Assembly (NCBI GenBank): GCA_002269645.1
Contig: NIVC01003552.1
Span: 1-49,280, forward strand
Source: Macrostomum lignano
Taxonomy: Eukaryota
Direction: 5' to 3'
DNA length: 49,280 nt
Shown piece by piece: positions 49,237-49,280 of the stretch (position 1 is its first letter; each line of letters starts with the position of its first letter). Both the position numbers and the translations under genes were made by a program. Below the pieces are notes generated by a model, which saw only the letters and a list, made by a program, of their open reading frames with translations, had not been told where the DNA came from and made no database searches.

Positions 49237-49280
49237 GTTAGCCGGGGTGGTTCTTTTCGGGGAGGGGTCTCGCCTTCAAA

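Overview
Animal genomic DNA with GT-AG introns and no prokaryotic features. The minisatellite-rich introns and low-complexity Q/A/S exons resemble a Macrostomum-like flatworm, but that is an unverified impression. Four spliced genes can be rebuilt exon by exon with consistent phases: a TRPM cation channel (minus, 647-17731, N-terminal half only), an OTUD7/Cezanne-like deubiquitinase (plus, 28838-33836), an LRCH protein (minus, 37214-41706), and MYBBP1A/Pol5 (plus, from 43031, running off the window). LRCH and MYBBP1A are head-to-head. Mobile elements: (1) an apparently intact 3.9-kb Chapaev-type (RAG1-related) DNA transposon with 322-bp TIRs, a 4-bp TSD and an uninterrupted 679-aa transposase; (2) a decayed 1.3-kb mariner whose lesions are mostly CpG transitions; (3) a hAT-like MITE carrying a 21-bp minisatellite; (4) a 37-bp hAT-like mini element; (5) a 609-bp retroposon with a 14-bp TSD. 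The strongest signal not explained by these features is a set of sharply bounded CpG-free zones next to the putative promoters of OTUD7, LRCH and MYBBP1A, absent from TRPM. This would fit germline methylation restricted to 5' gene bodies. Most long ORFs in the supplied track are tandem-repeat artefacts. All coordinates and counts were read by hand.
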